From: Candidatus Krumholzibacteriota bacterium
Lineage (GTDB): Bacteria > Krumholzibacteriota > Krumholzibacteriia > LZORAL124-64-63
Assembly: GCA_039714075.1 (NCBI GenBank)
Contig: JBDLKA010000023.1
Location: 1-41,864 of the forward strand
DNA length: 41,864 bases
Reading direction: 5' to 3'
Each line of letters starts with the position of its first letter. The first letter of the stretch is position 1. Under the pieces are notes generated by a model. It was not told the origin of the DNA. It saw only the letters and a program-made list of their open reading frames with translations, and made no database searches. Shown in pieces: positions 8,297 through 19,220 of the stretch. Position numbers and translations under genes: made by a program.

Positions 8297-9118
8297 ATGG
8301 ACCAGGATTTTTCCGTTCAAACAGCCTTGAAAGCGGTATTGGACTCCCTGATGGAATCGGTGGCGGGATTCGCACCCAAGGCCGTGACCGCGCTCGGTGT
8401 GTTCCTGATCGGCCTGATTCTGGCCAAGATCGCCTCCAGGATGATCAGGACCATGTTTGAAAAACTCCGTTTGAACGATCTGTTGGAACGGGTGGGTCTG
8501 ACCGAAACCCTGGGCAAATTCGGTTTGCAGGAAACACCGGGTTTTCTCCTTTCGCGCCTGGTCTATTACCTGATTCTGGCTCTGTTCATAAAAAGTGCCG
8601 CCCTGGCGGTCGGGCTGATGGCGGTCGCCGATGCGATGGCTGCCTTCTTCGCCTATCTGCCCAATCTGCTGGCGGCGGTCATCATCCTGTTGATCGGCAT
8701 GATTATCGCCCAGTTCGCCAGCGGGGCGGTCACCCGCTCGGCCAGGAACTCCGGGGTGGAGTTTGCTCCCATCCTGGGTCGGGCCGTATCGGCCCTGATC
8801 ATATTCGTGGTCGGGCTGATGGCGGTGACCCAGCTGCAGATCGACACGCAGATCATCCTCTCGGTGGTGTTGATCCTCCTGTCCGGCGGCTCGTTGGCCC
8901 TGGCCTTGACCTTCGGTTTGGGGTCACGCGAAGTCACCCGCAATCTCATTGCGGGATTCTATGCACGGAAGATTTTCGAACCCGGAGAAAAAATAGAGAT
9001 CTACGGCCGCAGGGGAATCCTGGCGGGCATCACCCCGGTTCACGTACTGATCGACGAGGAGGGTCGTACGACCTCGATTCCAAACAGTGTTTTTCTGGAG
9101 GATGCCGTTCGCCAATAG
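8297..9118 (+). CDS. MscS/CmpX-like small-conductance mechanosensitive channel family protein
   Basis: Repeated TM helices (FFAYLPNLLAAVIILLIG), LALALTFGLGSREVTRNLIAG, and MscS beta domain FEPGEKIEI..G...IPNSVF. It ends there, without the C-terminal cytoplasmic domain. Confidence 0.85.
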   Translation: MDQDFSVQTALKAVLDSLMESVAGFAPKAVTALGVFLIGLILAKIASRMIRTMFEKLRLNDLLERVGLTETLGKFGLQETPGFLLSRLVYYLILALFIKSAALAVGLMAVADAMAAFFAYLPNLLAAVIILLIGMIIAQFASGAVTRSARNSGVEFAPILGRAVSALIIFVVGLMAVTQLQIDTQIILSVVLILLSGGSLALALTFGLGSREVTRNLIAGFYARKIFEPGEKIEIYGRRGILAGITPVHVLIDEEGRTTSIPNSVFLEDAVRQ

Positions 9119-9141
9119 GTTGGAATGATTCAGGGGACCAA

Positions 9142-9175
9142 CAGGGCGGCCCGGATACGGGCCGCCCTGATTTTT
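9142..9175 (+). terminator. Intrinsic terminator between convergent genes
   Basis: CAGGGCGGCCCG-GATA-CGGGCCGCCCTG-ATTTTT, perfect 12-bp stem. Confidence 0.85.
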
Positions 9176-9178
9176 GAC

Positions 9179-11095
9179 TCAGGGGGTCCCCTCACCCTTC
9201 AGATGGGTGTCCAGGAATTCGAGGGTGGCGTTGAAACCCTTCACGCGGTTGGCCGACTTGCGGAAGCCGTGTCCTTCGTCCTCGAAGACCAGGTAATCGA
9301 CCGTGCCGCCGCCCGCCCGGATGGCCGCCACCATGTCGTCGCTTTCCCTCTGCAGCACGCGGGGGTCATTCGCGCCCTGCAGGATCAGCAGGGGGCGCTT
9401 GATCTTGTCGCCGTGGAAAACGGGGCTGGTCCGGCGCAGGAATTCGGCGTCTTCCACGGGATGGCCGATCTCGGCGTAGAGGGCCTTGCGGAAACTCTCC
9501 CAATAGGGCGGGATGTTTTCCAGGGTCAGCAACCAGTTGGCCACGCCGAAGATGTCCACCCCACAAGTGAACTCTCCGGGTTCGAAGGCCAGGGCCGCCA
9601 AGGTCATGTAACCGCCGTAGCTGCCGCCCATGATGCCGATGCGGTCGGGATCCACCCAGTCCAGGGTCTTGAGGTATTCCTTGGCGTCGACGCAGTCCCA
9701 CAACGGCTCGCGCCCGTGCCGCCGGTCGTCGGCCGCCAGGAAGCTCTTCCCGTAACCCGAGCTGCCGCGGTTGTTCACCGCGAACAGGGCGTAGCCGTGG
9801 TTGATGAGAAATTGCTTCTCGCCCGAATAGCCGGGGCGGGTCTGGCCGCCCGGACCGCCATGGATCCACAGCATGACCGGAACCTTGTTGGCCGCGCTGG
9901 CGCCGATGGGTTTGTACAGCGGGCCGGGAATGGTCATGCCGTCGCGCGCCTGAAAGCTGGCGACCGTGCTGGCCACCAGGTCGTCGGCGTCGATTTCGGG
10001 ATTGAGGGTGTCGGTCAGCTGCCGGACTCCGCCGGTGTCCATGTTGACCAGGAACATGTTGCCGGGCATGGTGTCGCTGGAAACAGTGACTTTCATCAGC
10101 TTCTCGGAATGGGAAAAGGCGATGCGGTTGAACGTGCCTTCCGGCAATCCGTCCAGTTGCACTTCCTGCCCGTCCCGGGTGATGCGGACCTTCGTGTAGC
10201 CGTTCTCGTTGGTGCCGATGACCCGGTACCTGCCGGTCAGGCTGAAACGGGCGAAGGAAACATCCCAATCGGTGGCGTAGACGTTCTCGTGCGTGCCCTC
10301 GGCCAGGTCGTACCGTTTCAAGACCATGAATTCCCCACCGTCATTGGTGGAATAGTACAGATACCGGCTGTCCGCGCTCAGGGTCTGGGGGCGGAAGGCG
10401 GCCTCCCCGGAGTGTTCGCTGATCAGGAAGGGATCGCCTCCGGCTTTCAGGTCGGCCACCAGGATGTCCGAGTCGTTGGTGGTGTGGAATCTGGTCAATA
10501 CGATCCAGCGTCCGTCGGCCGAGATGTCGAAGGGGGCGAATCCTTCTTCGTTCTGGTAGACCAAGGTTTTTTCCAGGGTTTCAACGTCCCACTGGAACAG
10601 GTCGAAAAAGCGGGGATCCCGCTGGTTGTTCTGGGTGAAGAACGACTTCAGGTCGGGGTGGAAGCCGGCGAATTCCTCTTTGGTCTCTTCGCCGTTGGTC
10701 AGGTCGCGCACCGTTCCGTCCAGTTCGCGCAGGAAAAGATGGTTGTTTTCGCTGCCGTCCTTGTCGCGGGAAAAAAGAATGCGATCGTCCCAGGGCATGT
10801 AGGCCACGGCGAAGGTCGTCTCTTCGCCTTCGGTAACGGGCGTGCGTTTGCCGGTGGCGAGGTCCAGTTCGTAAACGTTGAACACGCCGGATTCGTTGCT
10901 TCTGACCAGAAGTTTGGTCTCGTCGTGGTTGAACGAGGTACCGTCAATGGACCGGGTCTCGACGAACTGCTCCATGGTGTAGGTCTGCGAAGGGCCGGTG
11001 CGGGTTTCCATCCGGTCGGTCTGATCGGAAGCGCAGCCGGCCATAATGGCCAGGAGGCATGGCAGGGCCAGAATAACGAGTAACCGTTGCATCAA
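9179..11095 (-). CDS. S9 family (prolyl oligopeptidase/acylaminoacyl peptidase) serine peptidase, probable lipoprotein
   Basis: Lipobox-like MAGC, beta-propeller region, IHGGP, and catalytic GGSYGG, GANDPRV, DEGHGF. Confidence 0.95.
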   Translation of the reverse strand: MMQRLLVILALPCLLAIMAGCASDQTDRMETRTGPSQTYTMEQFVETRSIDGTSFNHDETKLLVRSNESGVFNVYELDLATGKRTPVTEGEETTFAVAYMPWDDRILFSRDKDGSENNHLFLRELDGTVRDLTNGEETKEEFAGFHPDLKSFFTQNNQRDPRFFDLFQWDVETLEKTLVYQNEEGFAPFDISADGRWIVLTRFHTTNDSDILVADLKAGGDPFLISEHSGEAAFRPQTLSADSRYLYYSTNDGGEFMVLKRYDLAEGTHENVYATDWDVSFARFSLTGRYRVIGTNENGYTKVRITRDGQEVQLDGLPEGTFNRIAFSHSEKLMKVTVSSDTMPGNMFLVNMDTGGVRQLTDTLNPEIDADDLVASTVASFQARDGMTIPGPLYKPIGASAANKVPVMLWIHGGPGGQTRPGYSGEKQFLINHGYALFAVNNRGSSGYGKSFLAADDRRHGREPLWDCVDAKEYLKTLDWVDPDRIGIMGGSYGGYMTLAALAFEPGEFTCGVDIFGVANWLLTLENIPPYWESFRKALYAEIGHPVEDAEFLRRTSPVFHGDKIKRPLLILQGANDPRVLQRESDDMVAAIRAGGGTVDYLVFEDEGHGFRKSANRVKGFNATLEFLDTHLKGEGTP

Positions 11096-11104
11096 TGATC
11101 TCCT

Positions 11105-11734
11105 TTATTTTCCGGGCATCGCGTCCACGAACCCCTGGTCCGCGAGCAGATTCCTCAGCGCTTGATCGAACGCTTTGCCGAGTACTCCGGCATTGTGTTC
11201 AATTTCCTTCTTGTAGCCTTCGGTACTGGTCTTGAAGAGGGATGTTCCGTCTTGAGGATCGGTCAGATCCCACAAGACCGCGCAGTAGGCCTGGTAATAG
11301 CCTCCCGCCGTGGTAAAGGAATTGAACTCCAGTTGGGAGACGGTCGCCTTCAACACCAGAACCGTTTCGCCGGCGGGAGTTTCCTTCACGCCCCCGGCAG
11401 GCCACCGGAGGGTCCGGTACCCGGCATCCCCCAGGATGTCCAGGACATCGTCGTTCATCTCGACGGTTTTCTGGGAAAAATTCGGGCCCCAGCGGTAGTC
11501 GTAGGATTTGGCCATGCCGGCGCCCTCGTAATGAAAGCCCAGCCGCGTATCCGGCTCGATGGCCACGACAACCCCGCTGAAGGTGAGCGGGGAAACGGCG
11601 GCGCCGTCAACGGCGATCGGATCCTCGATGATCACCGGGATGCGGGGGCCAGGCCCGGTGGAGGAACATCCGGCCAGGACCAGGGCCAGGGCGAAACAAC
11701 CGACAAGGGTTTGAAACCGCGAACGGACCATCAT
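11105..11734 (-). CDS. Hypothetical lipoprotein
   Basis: ATG at 11734 after GGGAG; signal peptide ending in LVLAGC. Confidence 0.75.
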   Translation of the reverse strand: MMVRSRFQTLVGCFALALVLAGCSSTGPGPRIPVIIEDPIAVDGAAVSPLTFSGVVVAIEPDTRLGFHYEGAGMAKSYDYRWGPNFSQKTVEMNDDVLDILGDAGYRTLRWPAGGVKETPAGETVLVLKATVSQLEFNSFTTAGGYYQAYCAVLWDLTDPQDGTSLFKTSTEGYKKEIEHNAGVLGKAFDQALRNLLADQGFVDAMPGK

Positions 11735-11779
11735 GAATTCTCCCGTGATTCTGGGGCCTGCCGGCCGGGACCGCATTAT

Positions 11780-11808
11780 TTGGAGGCGACCCGACCAGAT
11801 GCTATAAT
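11780..11808 (+). promoter_or_regulatory. sigma70 promoter for the M64 peptidase gene
   Basis: TTGGAG, 17 nt, TATAAT with extended -10 TG. Confidence 0.6.
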
Positions 11809-11842
11809 CCACCGATTAAACCTCAACTTCCCGGGAGACGCC

Positions 11843-13321
11843 ATGAATTCCCATAGACGATTATTACTTGCCCTGCTCGCCTGTGTCCTGCTGACCTCGG
11901 CCACGGTGTCGGCGGCCGAAGTTTCGTTCGCGGACCTGTTTTACGATGAGACCCTGCGCATCGACTACAACCACACGGGCAACGCGGACGAGGAATTCGT
12001 GGCCCTGGACCAGCTGTGGCGCCAGGGAACCTGGGCGGGCAGCCGGACGAATCTGCTGGACGACCTCGACCTGGGCGGCTATTACGCGAAGATCTACGAC
12101 GGGGTTTCAGGCGCCCTGATCTGGTCCAAGGGATTCTCGTCCTATTTCGGGGAGTGGCAAACCACCGGGCCGGCCGCCGAAGGCATCCTGCGCACCTACC
12201 ATGAATCGGTGCTTGCCCCGCTGCCCAGAAATCCGGTGATCTTCGCCCTGGAGTCCCGCGATGCTGATGGGGCGTTGCAGGAATTCTTCCGGACGGCCAT
12301 CGATCCGGACAGCTGGACCGTGCGCCGCGACGCGCCGCCGGCAGGGATCATCACGGTGGACGGATTCATCGGTGGCGATCCTCACGGCTGCGTGGATATC
12401 GCCATCGTGGGCGAAGGGTACACCGCGGAAGAAACGGCCAAGTTCGAGGCCGACGTCAACCGCTTCACTCAGCTGATGATCGGGCACGAACCGTATGTTT
12501 CCCATCGCGACCGGATCAACGTGCGCGGGGTGCTGCTGCCTTCGCGGGAGTCGGGTTGCGACGAACCCAGCCGCGGCGTCCATAAACGCACGGCCCTGGG
12601 TTGCACTTTCGATTCCCTGGGCTCCGAGCGCTACATGCTGACCGAGGACAACCGGGCCATGCGGGACATCGCCCAGGCCGTGCCCTACGACGTGCTTTAC
12701 ATCATGGTCAACCACGAACGGTACGGCGGCGGCGGCATCTACAACCTGTTCTGCACCTTCACCAGCGACAACCAGTGGAGCGAATACGTTTTCCTGCACG
12801 AGTTCGGACACAGCTTCGCCGGGTTGGCCGACGAGTACTACACGTCCAACGTGGCCTACACCGATTTCTACCCGGCCGGGCAGGAGCCGAGCGACCGCAA
12901 CATCACCGCCCTTCCGGATCCCGCGAATCTCAAGTGGGCCGATCTGGCAACCGGGGGCGTGTTGCCCACCGAATGGAACAAGGCCGCCTACGACGCCATG
13001 GACATCGCCTATCAGCAGGAACGGGGAAAAATCAACGATCACATCGCCGAACTCATGCGTGGCGGCGCCCCCGAGGGGGAAATCGCGGCGGCCAAGGCCG
13101 CGGGTGAAAAGTTGTCCCTGGAACATCAGCGGGAAGTGGACGCCTGGTTCGCCGCCAATCCCGCCCGGGATGTCGTGGGGGCCTTCGAGGGGGCGGGGTA
13201 TATGTCCGAGGGCATGTACCGGTCCCAGCTGGACTGCATCATGTTCACCAAAGGCGTCAAGCCGTTTTGCGCGGCCTGTCGGCGGGGGATCGTGGAAATC
13301 ATCCGGAAATACGGGGAATAG
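11843..13321 (+). CDS. Secreted M64 family (IgA peptidase-like) metallopeptidase
   Basis: ATG at 11843 after GGGAG; signal peptide; TLRIDYNHTG N-domain; VDIAIVGEGYT; HEFGHSFAGLADEY zinc motif; C-terminal CIM..FCAAC. Confidence 0.92.
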   Translation: MNSHRRLLLALLACVLLTSATVSAAEVSFADLFYDETLRIDYNHTGNADEEFVALDQLWRQGTWAGSRTNLLDDLDLGGYYAKIYDGVSGALIWSKGFSSYFGEWQTTGPAAEGILRTYHESVLAPLPRNPVIFALESRDADGALQEFFRTAIDPDSWTVRRDAPPAGIITVDGFIGGDPHGCVDIAIVGEGYTAEETAKFEADVNRFTQLMIGHEPYVSHRDRINVRGVLLPSRESGCDEPSRGVHKRTALGCTFDSLGSERYMLTEDNRAMRDIAQAVPYDVLYIMVNHERYGGGGIYNLFCTFTSDNQWSEYVFLHEFGHSFAGLADEYYTSNVAYTDFYPAGQEPSDRNITALPDPANLKWADLATGGVLPTEWNKAAYDAMDIAYQQERGKINDHIAELMRGGAPEGEIAAAKAAGEKLSLEHQREVDAWFAANPARDVVGAFEGAGYMSEGMYRSQLDCIMFTKGVKPFCAACRRGIVEIIRKYGE

Positions 13322-13454
13322 GCGTTAAGAGATAGCCCCGCAATAAGTATCCCGAGGCGTCCGGAGCGGCTTCCAGGGCGTCATTTGATCCACTGGGGGG
13401 GATCCGGTACCCTCACAGGGGCATTTTCCGGTCGACGTGTCGGAAGGGGAGGCC

Positions 13455-14723
13455 ATGTCAGGACTATTTTCCCAACCCAAGCACATCATCTTTCAAATCC
13501 TTTTCCTCATTGTTTTTCTGATCCCGGTGACCGGTTGCGACGACGACGATTCCGTCTGTCGGTGCCCCGGCCCGGATATCAGCGGCGTGGTTCGAACCCC
13601 GATCGGCGGTCCCGCCCCGGGGGCCACGGTCTACCTGGGCCGGGTCCCGGAGTGGTTTGCCAATGCCGCGACGGTGGTCTTCGACAGCGTGGCGGCCGAC
13701 GAAAGCGGTCGATACGAATTCGACCAGATCGACCCGGCCGTCTACCAGGTCTTCGCGGGAGTCTGGGACCGCGGTGGGCAGGGGTATTCACTCGTTAGCC
13801 CTTTCAGCCGGCGGCTGACGGTGGAGGAAAACTCTCTCGGAAACCAGGCCCGCCTGTCCCTCCAGGAAATGGATGTCGCGGGGACGATTGCGGGCGAGGT
13901 CTTCCACGAAGTCTATACGAACCTCGTACCGGCCGACAGCACGACGGTCACCCTGTTCCGCTATGAGAGCGTGAATTTCGTCCGGACCGATGAAACCACA
14001 ACCGACGCCACAGGGGAATTTTTCCTGGGGGACGTTGGAACGGGCAACTACACCGTCAAGGCCCTCAAGGTCTTTTCCCCCGACGCGCCCTTCCCTCTTT
14101 ATATGAGTGCCGAAAGCAAGGCGTTTTTCTGTGACGGGAAAACCCTGGTCAGCCTGGAGCGGTTGATTCTCCGGGATGTCATGGTGGAAAAACCCGCGGT
14201 CTACCTGTACCCCGAACAACCGGGGCGCTTTCAGGTCGCCCTGGAATTCGGACCGGGGATCAGGCTGACCGCCAGTGAACCGGAGTACGGCGGTGGTTGG
14301 GACGTCACCGTGGATGCGGCCGGTTTGATCGACGGGACCTGGGACTACCTGTTCTATGAAATCGCCATGCGGGGGGCGCCCCGGATTTCCGTCGGCTGGT
14401 GCCTGGCCTGGGACGATCTGACCGCGGGGCTGGAAGCGATCATCACGGACCTGGGACTTGTCGCCGCGGAAAAAGAGGACTTCCTCGCCTATTGGCGGTC
14501 CCGGCTGCCGCGCCGCGATTATTATGAAATCAACCCGGTGATGGGCGCCGACCTGGATTCCTGGGTCAAGCTCGAGGTGGACCCCGCTCCCGAATCGGTG
14601 CTGCGTTTCTGGCTGTTTTTCCAGGGAAGGGACGAGGCCGTGGACTTGCCGGCGCCCGTGATTCCCGCCTTTGAAAGGACGGGAACCACGGTCGTGGAGT
14701 GGGGCGGAGCGGTCAGATCCTGA
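13455..14723 (+). CDS. Lipoprotein with two carboxypeptidase-regulatory-like beta domains and a C-terminal KPAVYLYP domain of unknown function
   Basis: ATG at 13455 after GGGGAGG; lipobox VTGC; ADESGRYEF and TDATGEFFL repeats; KPAVYLYP...DYLFYE...VVEWGG. Confidence 0.8.
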   Translation: MSGLFSQPKHIIFQILFLIVFLIPVTGCDDDDSVCRCPGPDISGVVRTPIGGPAPGATVYLGRVPEWFANAATVVFDSVAADESGRYEFDQIDPAVYQVFAGVWDRGGQGYSLVSPFSRRLTVEENSLGNQARLSLQEMDVAGTIAGEVFHEVYTNLVPADSTTVTLFRYESVNFVRTDETTTDATGEFFLGDVGTGNYTVKALKVFSPDAPFPLYMSAESKAFFCDGKTLVSLERLILRDVMVEKPAVYLYPEQPGRFQVALEFGPGIRLTASEPEYGGGWDVTVDAAGLIDGTWDYLFYEIAMRGAPRISVGWCLAWDDLTAGLEAIITDLGLVAAEKEDFLAYWRSRLPRRDYYEINPVMGADLDSWVKLEVDPAPESVLRFWLFFQGRDEAVDLPAPVIPAFERTGTTVVEWGGAVRS

Positions 14724-17700
14724 CGGTGGGCACCACGTGGACCGGCTCGACTTCCTTGGCCGGTGAATCTTCCGCCGGAAGTGCCGCAGGCGGAGCCGCC
14801 GGGGCCGGCCGGCCGATATGCCGGGCCAGGATTCCGGCGATGGTTTCCGAATCGATGGGCTTGGAGGCATGGTCGTCCATGCCCGCGGCCAGGCTGCGCT
14901 GTCGGTCCTGGTCCATGGCATGGGCGGTCAGGGCGATGATGGGAATCAAGGGATCCCGGGCGGAGGAATCCTTGGCCCTGATGCGCCGCGCGGCTTCCAA
15001 GCCGTCCATTTCCGGCATCTGCACATCCATGAGTATCGCCGCGTAATCCTTTTGAGCCACCGCGTCGAGAACCTCGTAGCCGTTGACCGCCACGTCGACC
15101 TGGTACCCGATCTTGTCGAGCATCAGGCAGGCGACCTTCTGGTTGATGGGATTGTCTTCGGCAAGAAGTATCCGGGTTTTGCGGGCATTGCCCCGGCCGT
15201 CGGGATCGTCAATGCCGGTAACCTCGGCATCGACGGCATTCCGGACCTGGGAATCGAATTCAGCCAGGGAATTGTGGTTCGGCACCTGTCCGGTGATCTC
15301 CCCCAGGACACCCTCCAGCTTGCCGTGGTGGACCGGAACCGTGAGATAGGAATGCAGGTTGTCTTTTTCGAGATCCTCGCGATCAACGACACAACCCAGC
15401 TCGCACAGCAGGACGAATTGGGGGGCATCGTCACCGACAACCTTGCGGATACGGGCCACCATGGACCGGGCTACCTTGCGTCCGTCGCAGCTTCCGACCA
15501 GGACCACCGGGAAAGGACTCTCGTCCCGGGCGGCCGCCTCCAGCCTTTGGGCGGCCTTGTCCGGCTCGACCACCACGCCCTTGTAACCCAGATAGGCCAG
15601 TTGTTCGGCCAAAGCGACCATGGTTTCAGGGTCGTCGTGGGTGACCAGGATCCTCTCGGACCGGTTGGAAATGCTCCGCGATCTTTCCGAGGGGAAGCCC
15701 ACCGTGAACCAGAAGTTGGCGCCTTCGCTTTCGATGCTTTCCACGCCGATTTCCCCGCCCATGAGATCCAGGAGCTGCTTGACGATGGCCAGGCCGAGTC
15801 CCGTGCCGCCGTACTGGCGGGTGATCGAGGCGTCCACCTGGGTGAAGGATCCGAAAATGCGCTCGAGACGGTCGGCGGGAATACCGACGCCGGTGTCGGT
15901 GACCTCGAAACGCAGCACGGCCCAGGACTTGCGCTGGCTTTCGAGGGTGACCTGGATCTGGACCTCGCCATCGTCGGTGAATTTGACGGCGTTGTTGGTC
16001 AGGTTGATGAGGATCTGGGTCAGGCGCCCGGGATCGCCCCGCAGGGTCCGGGGCACGTTGGGGGCGATGCGGCTGCGGAAATTCAAGCCCTTCTTGTTGG
16101 CTTTCATGGCCAGCATGTCGGCGACCCGGTCCAGGACGTCGCAGGGATCGAATTCGATGCGTTCGAGCTTCAGCTTGCCGGCCTCGATCTTGGAGAAGTC
16201 CAGGATGTCGTTGATGATCACCAGCAGGTTGGTGGCGCTGGCGTAGATCATTTCACTGTAGTCGCGCTGGTCCTCGGTCAGTTCGGTGTCCAGCATGATG
16301 GAGGTCATGCCCAGAACCCCGTTCATGGGGGTCCGGATCTCGTGGCTCATGTTGGCCAGGAATTCACTCTTGGCCCGCGTGGCGGCCTCGGCGTTGTCCT
16401 TGGCTTCGCGCAGTTCGTCCTCGATCCGCTTGCGTACCGAGATTTCCTGCTGCAGATGCCGGTTGGCACGGGTCAGGTCTTCGGTCCGGGTCAGAACGCT
16501 CTGCTCCAGGACCTTGTTCTTCACGTCCAGCAGGCGCATGCGGTAGCGGTGCATCCCGTAGGTCGTGCCCAGGATGAGCATCACCATGCCGGTGATGAAC
16601 CAGGCCTTGCGGTAGAACGGGGGTTTGACCGTCAGCGTGACGGCCACCCCTTCGTCGTTCCAGACGCCGTCGTTGTTGGAGCCGCGCACCCGGAAGGTGT
16701 AGTCGCCGGGCGGCAGGTTGGTATAGGTGGCGTGGTTGCGGGTGCCCACGTCGTTCCACTGGTCCTCGAAGCCCTCGAGCCTGTAGGAGAAGTTGTTCTT
16801 TTCCGGCGAGGCGAAGTGGAGCACGCTGAACTCGAACGAGATCACGTGGTCCCGGTGGGACAATTCGATATGGTCGGTTTCGCTGATCGAACGGTCCAGG
16901 ATCACGCGCCCTTCCGGACCGGCGCCCACCTGCACGGGCTTGTTGAACAGCCGGAAATCCGTCAGGACCACCGCGGGAATAAAGGGGTTGTGCTGGATGC
17001 TGTCGGGATAGAAGACGGTGAAACCGTTGATCCCGCCGAAATACATCTTGCCGCTGCGTCCCAGGTGGCTGGCTCCCATGTTGAACTCGTTGTCCTGGAT
17101 GCCGTCGCGCCGCAGGTAGGTCTTGACCTCCATGGTGTAGGGGTCGAACCGGGCCAGACCGTAGTTGGTGCTGAGCCACAGCCCACCCTGGGTGTCTTCC
17201 TGGATGCGGTAGATGGTGTTGTTGGGTAGTCCCTCGCGTTCGGTGAACCAGCGGCAGGTCCCGGTTTCGGTATCCAGCAGGTTCAGCCCCGAACTGGTAC
17301 CGAGCCAGATCCGTCCCTCGCTGTCCTGGAAAATGCTCAGCACGACGTTGCTGCTCAGGCTGTTGCGGTCTTCGGGCAGGTGTTCATAATGCTCGAATTC
17401 CATGGTGGCCGGGTCGAGGTAGGCCGCGCCGTTGCCCCAGACGCTCATCCAGATCCGGCCCACATCGTCCAGGAAGAGGTCCCGCACGCTGCCTTTGGGC
17501 AGCCCGGCTGGATTATCCGGATCATGGGTGATGGTGGTGAAGGTGTTGGTCCGGGGATCGTAGCATTCCAGGCCGGTCATGGTGCCCAGCCAGATCTTGT
17601 CATGGTTGTCCGCCGTAATCGAGAAAACGCGGTCGTCGTCGGGGCCCTCGGGCGAGCCCGGCCGGGCGGGGAAGCGGGTGTAGATTCCCGTCGCCGGGTC

Positions 17701-19041
17701 GTATCGGTTCAGCGCGCCGTCCCGGGCGCCGAGCCAGACCAGGCCGTTCTTTTCCTCGAAAATCTCGATGAAGGAATCATAGCTCGGGAAATGGGGATCC
17801 GTGGGATCGGCCCAGATCTGTTTCACTGTGCCGGATTCCGGATCCATGATGTTCAGGCCCGATTCGGTGACCGCCCACACCTTGCCGCTGCTTGTTTCCC
17901 AGACGGACCACACACAGGCGTTGCTCAGGCTGGCGGGATTCCCGGCCTGATTGCTGACATGGAAAAACTGCTTGGCCTTGGTGTCCAGGCGGTTGGCCCC
18001 GTTGCTGGTGCCGATCCAGATGACCCCGGTGCGGTCCATGGTGATGCCGTAGATCTCGTTGTCGCTGAGGCTGAAGGGATCCTGGGGGTTGTGCAGGAAC
18101 CGGCGGCAGTGTCCGGATTCCGGCTGCAGCATGTAGATGCCCTTGTGCTCGGATCCGATCCAGACCTGGCCGTCGGGATCCTCGAGCACGGTACTGATGG
18201 ACAGATCCGGGGGCACGGCTTCCAGGCTGGGATCGACCACGTGTAGCTCGAAGTTTTCGGTGATGGGGTCGAAACGGCACAATCCCTGGGAAGTGCCCAC
18301 CCACAACCGGCCGTCGAGCCCTTCGCTGAGGCTGCGCACCACACCGGGCGCCAGGGAATTGTCCTGCTGGGGCCGGTGGGTGAAATGCTGCATGCGCCCT
18401 GTGGCCGGGGAGAAGCGCGTCAATCCGTTTTCGGTGCCGATCCAGATCAGTCCCCGCGAATCGATCAACAGGCTCTGGACCTGGTTCGAGGGCAGGGAAG
18501 CCGGATCGTCGGGATCATGGGTGAACGCGGTGATGGTTTCGGTTTCGGGATGAAAGCGCAGCAGGCCGTCGCCGATGGTGCCGAGCCAAACGTCGCCGTG
18601 TTCGTCTATGTCCAGGACCTTGATATTGTAGTATCTGAGGCTGCCGGTCTGGGCGGGATCGTACCGGTAGGGCGTGAAGTTTTCGAGCTGGCGGTTGAAA
18701 CGGTTGAAGCCGCCGCCCTCGGTCCCGATCCACAGGTCACCGTTGGCGTCTTCGGCGATGGACCAGATGTTGGGGTCGCTCAGACTCGAGGGATCGTCGG
18801 GGTCGGATTTATAGGAAATGATCTGGTTGCCGTCATAACGGTTCAGCCCGTCCTGGGTGCCCATCCAGATGAATCCGCGGCTGTCCTGGTAGGTGGAGAT
18901 GATCGAACTCTGGGTCAGTCCGTCCGCCAGCATCAGGCGGTGGAATTTGACGGCCATTTCGGTATCCGCGCCGGCCGGGCAACTGCACAGGATGGTCCCT
19001 GTAATAAGCACCCAGGCGGAGAGAAGGATTTTTCGATTCAT
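14713..19041 (-). CDS. Hybrid sensor histidine kinase: beta-propeller repeats, Y_Y_Y, TM, HisKA, HATPase, pseudo-REC, REC
   Basis: Many D..G.LWIGT..GL repeats; [57 protein letters not shown]. Start 19041 preferred, 19077 possible. Confidence 0.96.
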   Translation of the reverse strand: MNRKILLSAWVLITGTILCSCPAGADTEMAVKFHRLMLADGLTQSSIISTYQDSRGFIWMGTQDGLNRYDGNQIISYKSDPDDPSSLSDPNIWSIAEDANGDLWIGTEGGGFNRFNRQLENFTPYRYDPAQTGSLRYYNIKVLDIDEHGDVWLGTIGDGLLRFHPETETITAFTHDPDDPASLPSNQVQSLLIDSRGLIWIGTENGLTRFSPATGRMQHFTHRPQQDNSLAPGVVRSLSEGLDGRLWVGTSQGLCRFDPITENFELHVVDPSLEAVPPDLSISTVLEDPDGQVWIGSEHKGIYMLQPESGHCRRFLHNPQDPFSLSDNEIYGITMDRTGVIWIGTSNGANRLDTKAKQFFHVSNQAGNPASLSNACVWSVWETSSGKVWAVTESGLNIMDPESGTVKQIWADPTDPHFPSYDSFIEIFEEKNGLVWLGARDGALNRYDPATGIYTRFPARPGSPEGPDDDRVFSITADNHDKIWLGTMTGLECYDPRTNTFTTITHDPDNPAGLPKGSVRDLFLDDVGRIWMSVWGNGAAYLDPATMEFEHYEHLPEDRNSLSSNVVLSIFQDSEGRIWLGTSSGLNLLDTETGTCRWFTEREGLPNNTIYRIQEDTQGGLWLSTNYGLARFDPYTMEVKTYLRRDGIQDNEFNMGASHLGRSGKMYFGGINGFTVFYPDSIQHNPFIPAVVLTDFRLFNKPVQVGAGPEGRVILDRSISETDHIELSHRDHVISFEFSVLHFASPEKNNFSYRLEGFEDQWNDVGTRNHATYTNLPPGDYTFRVRGSNNDGVWNDEGVAVTLTVKPPFYRKAWFITGMVMLILGTTYGMHRYRMRLLDVKNKVLEQSVLTRTEDLTRANRHLQQEISVRKRIEDELREAKDNAEAATRAKSEFLANMSHEIRTPMNGVLGMTSIMLDTELTEDQRDYSEMIYASATNLLVIINDILDFSKIEAGKLKLERIEFDPCDVLDRVADMLAMKANKKGLNFRSRIAPNVPRTLRGDPGRLTQILINLTNNAVKFTDDGEVQIQVTLESQRKSWAVLRFEVTDTGVGIPADRLERIFGSFTQVDASITRQYGGTGLGLAIVKQLLDLMGGEIGVESIESEGANFWFTVGFPSERSRSISNRSERILVTHDDPETMVALAEQLAYLGYKGVVVEPDKAAQRLEAAARDESPFPVVLVGSCDGRKVARSMVARIRKVVGDDAPQFVLLCELGCVVDREDLEKDNLHSYLTVPVHHGKLEGVLGEITGQVPNHNSLAEFDSQVRNAVDAEVTGIDDPDGRGNARKTRILLAEDNPINQKVACLMLDKIGYQVDVAVNGYEVLDAVAQKDYAAILMDVQMPEMDGLEAARRIRAKDSSARDPLIPIIALTAHAMDQDRQRSLAAGMDDHASKPIDSETIAGILARHIGRPAPAAPPAALPAEDSPAKEVEPVHVVPTVRI

Positions 19042-19141
19042 GGAGAAAATCTCCAGCACTGTGGCGCAGACAGGCACGCCCGATTGAGATTTCGATTCAT
19101 CATCTCCATGGTTATCGAACGTTTGGGTAAGGACTTAAGTA

Positions 19142-19185
19142 TATGTTTTCAATATTTGTTCAGGATATTTTCAGTATCTTTTCAG
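19142..19185. repeat. Four tandem imperfect 11-bp direct repeats upstream of the hybrid kinase; probable transcription factor binding array
   Basis: TATGTTTTCAA / TATTTGTTCAG / GATATTTTCAG / TATCTTTTCAG. Confidence 0.65.
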
Positions 19186-19220
19186 TGTCCCCCTGGTGCC
19201 GGGACGGGGGTCGCCGGAAC

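Noticed and set aside
19142..19185. CRISPR array or replication-origin iterons
   Set aside because: Units are 11 bp, contiguous and degenerate, with no spacers and no cas or rep genes nearby.
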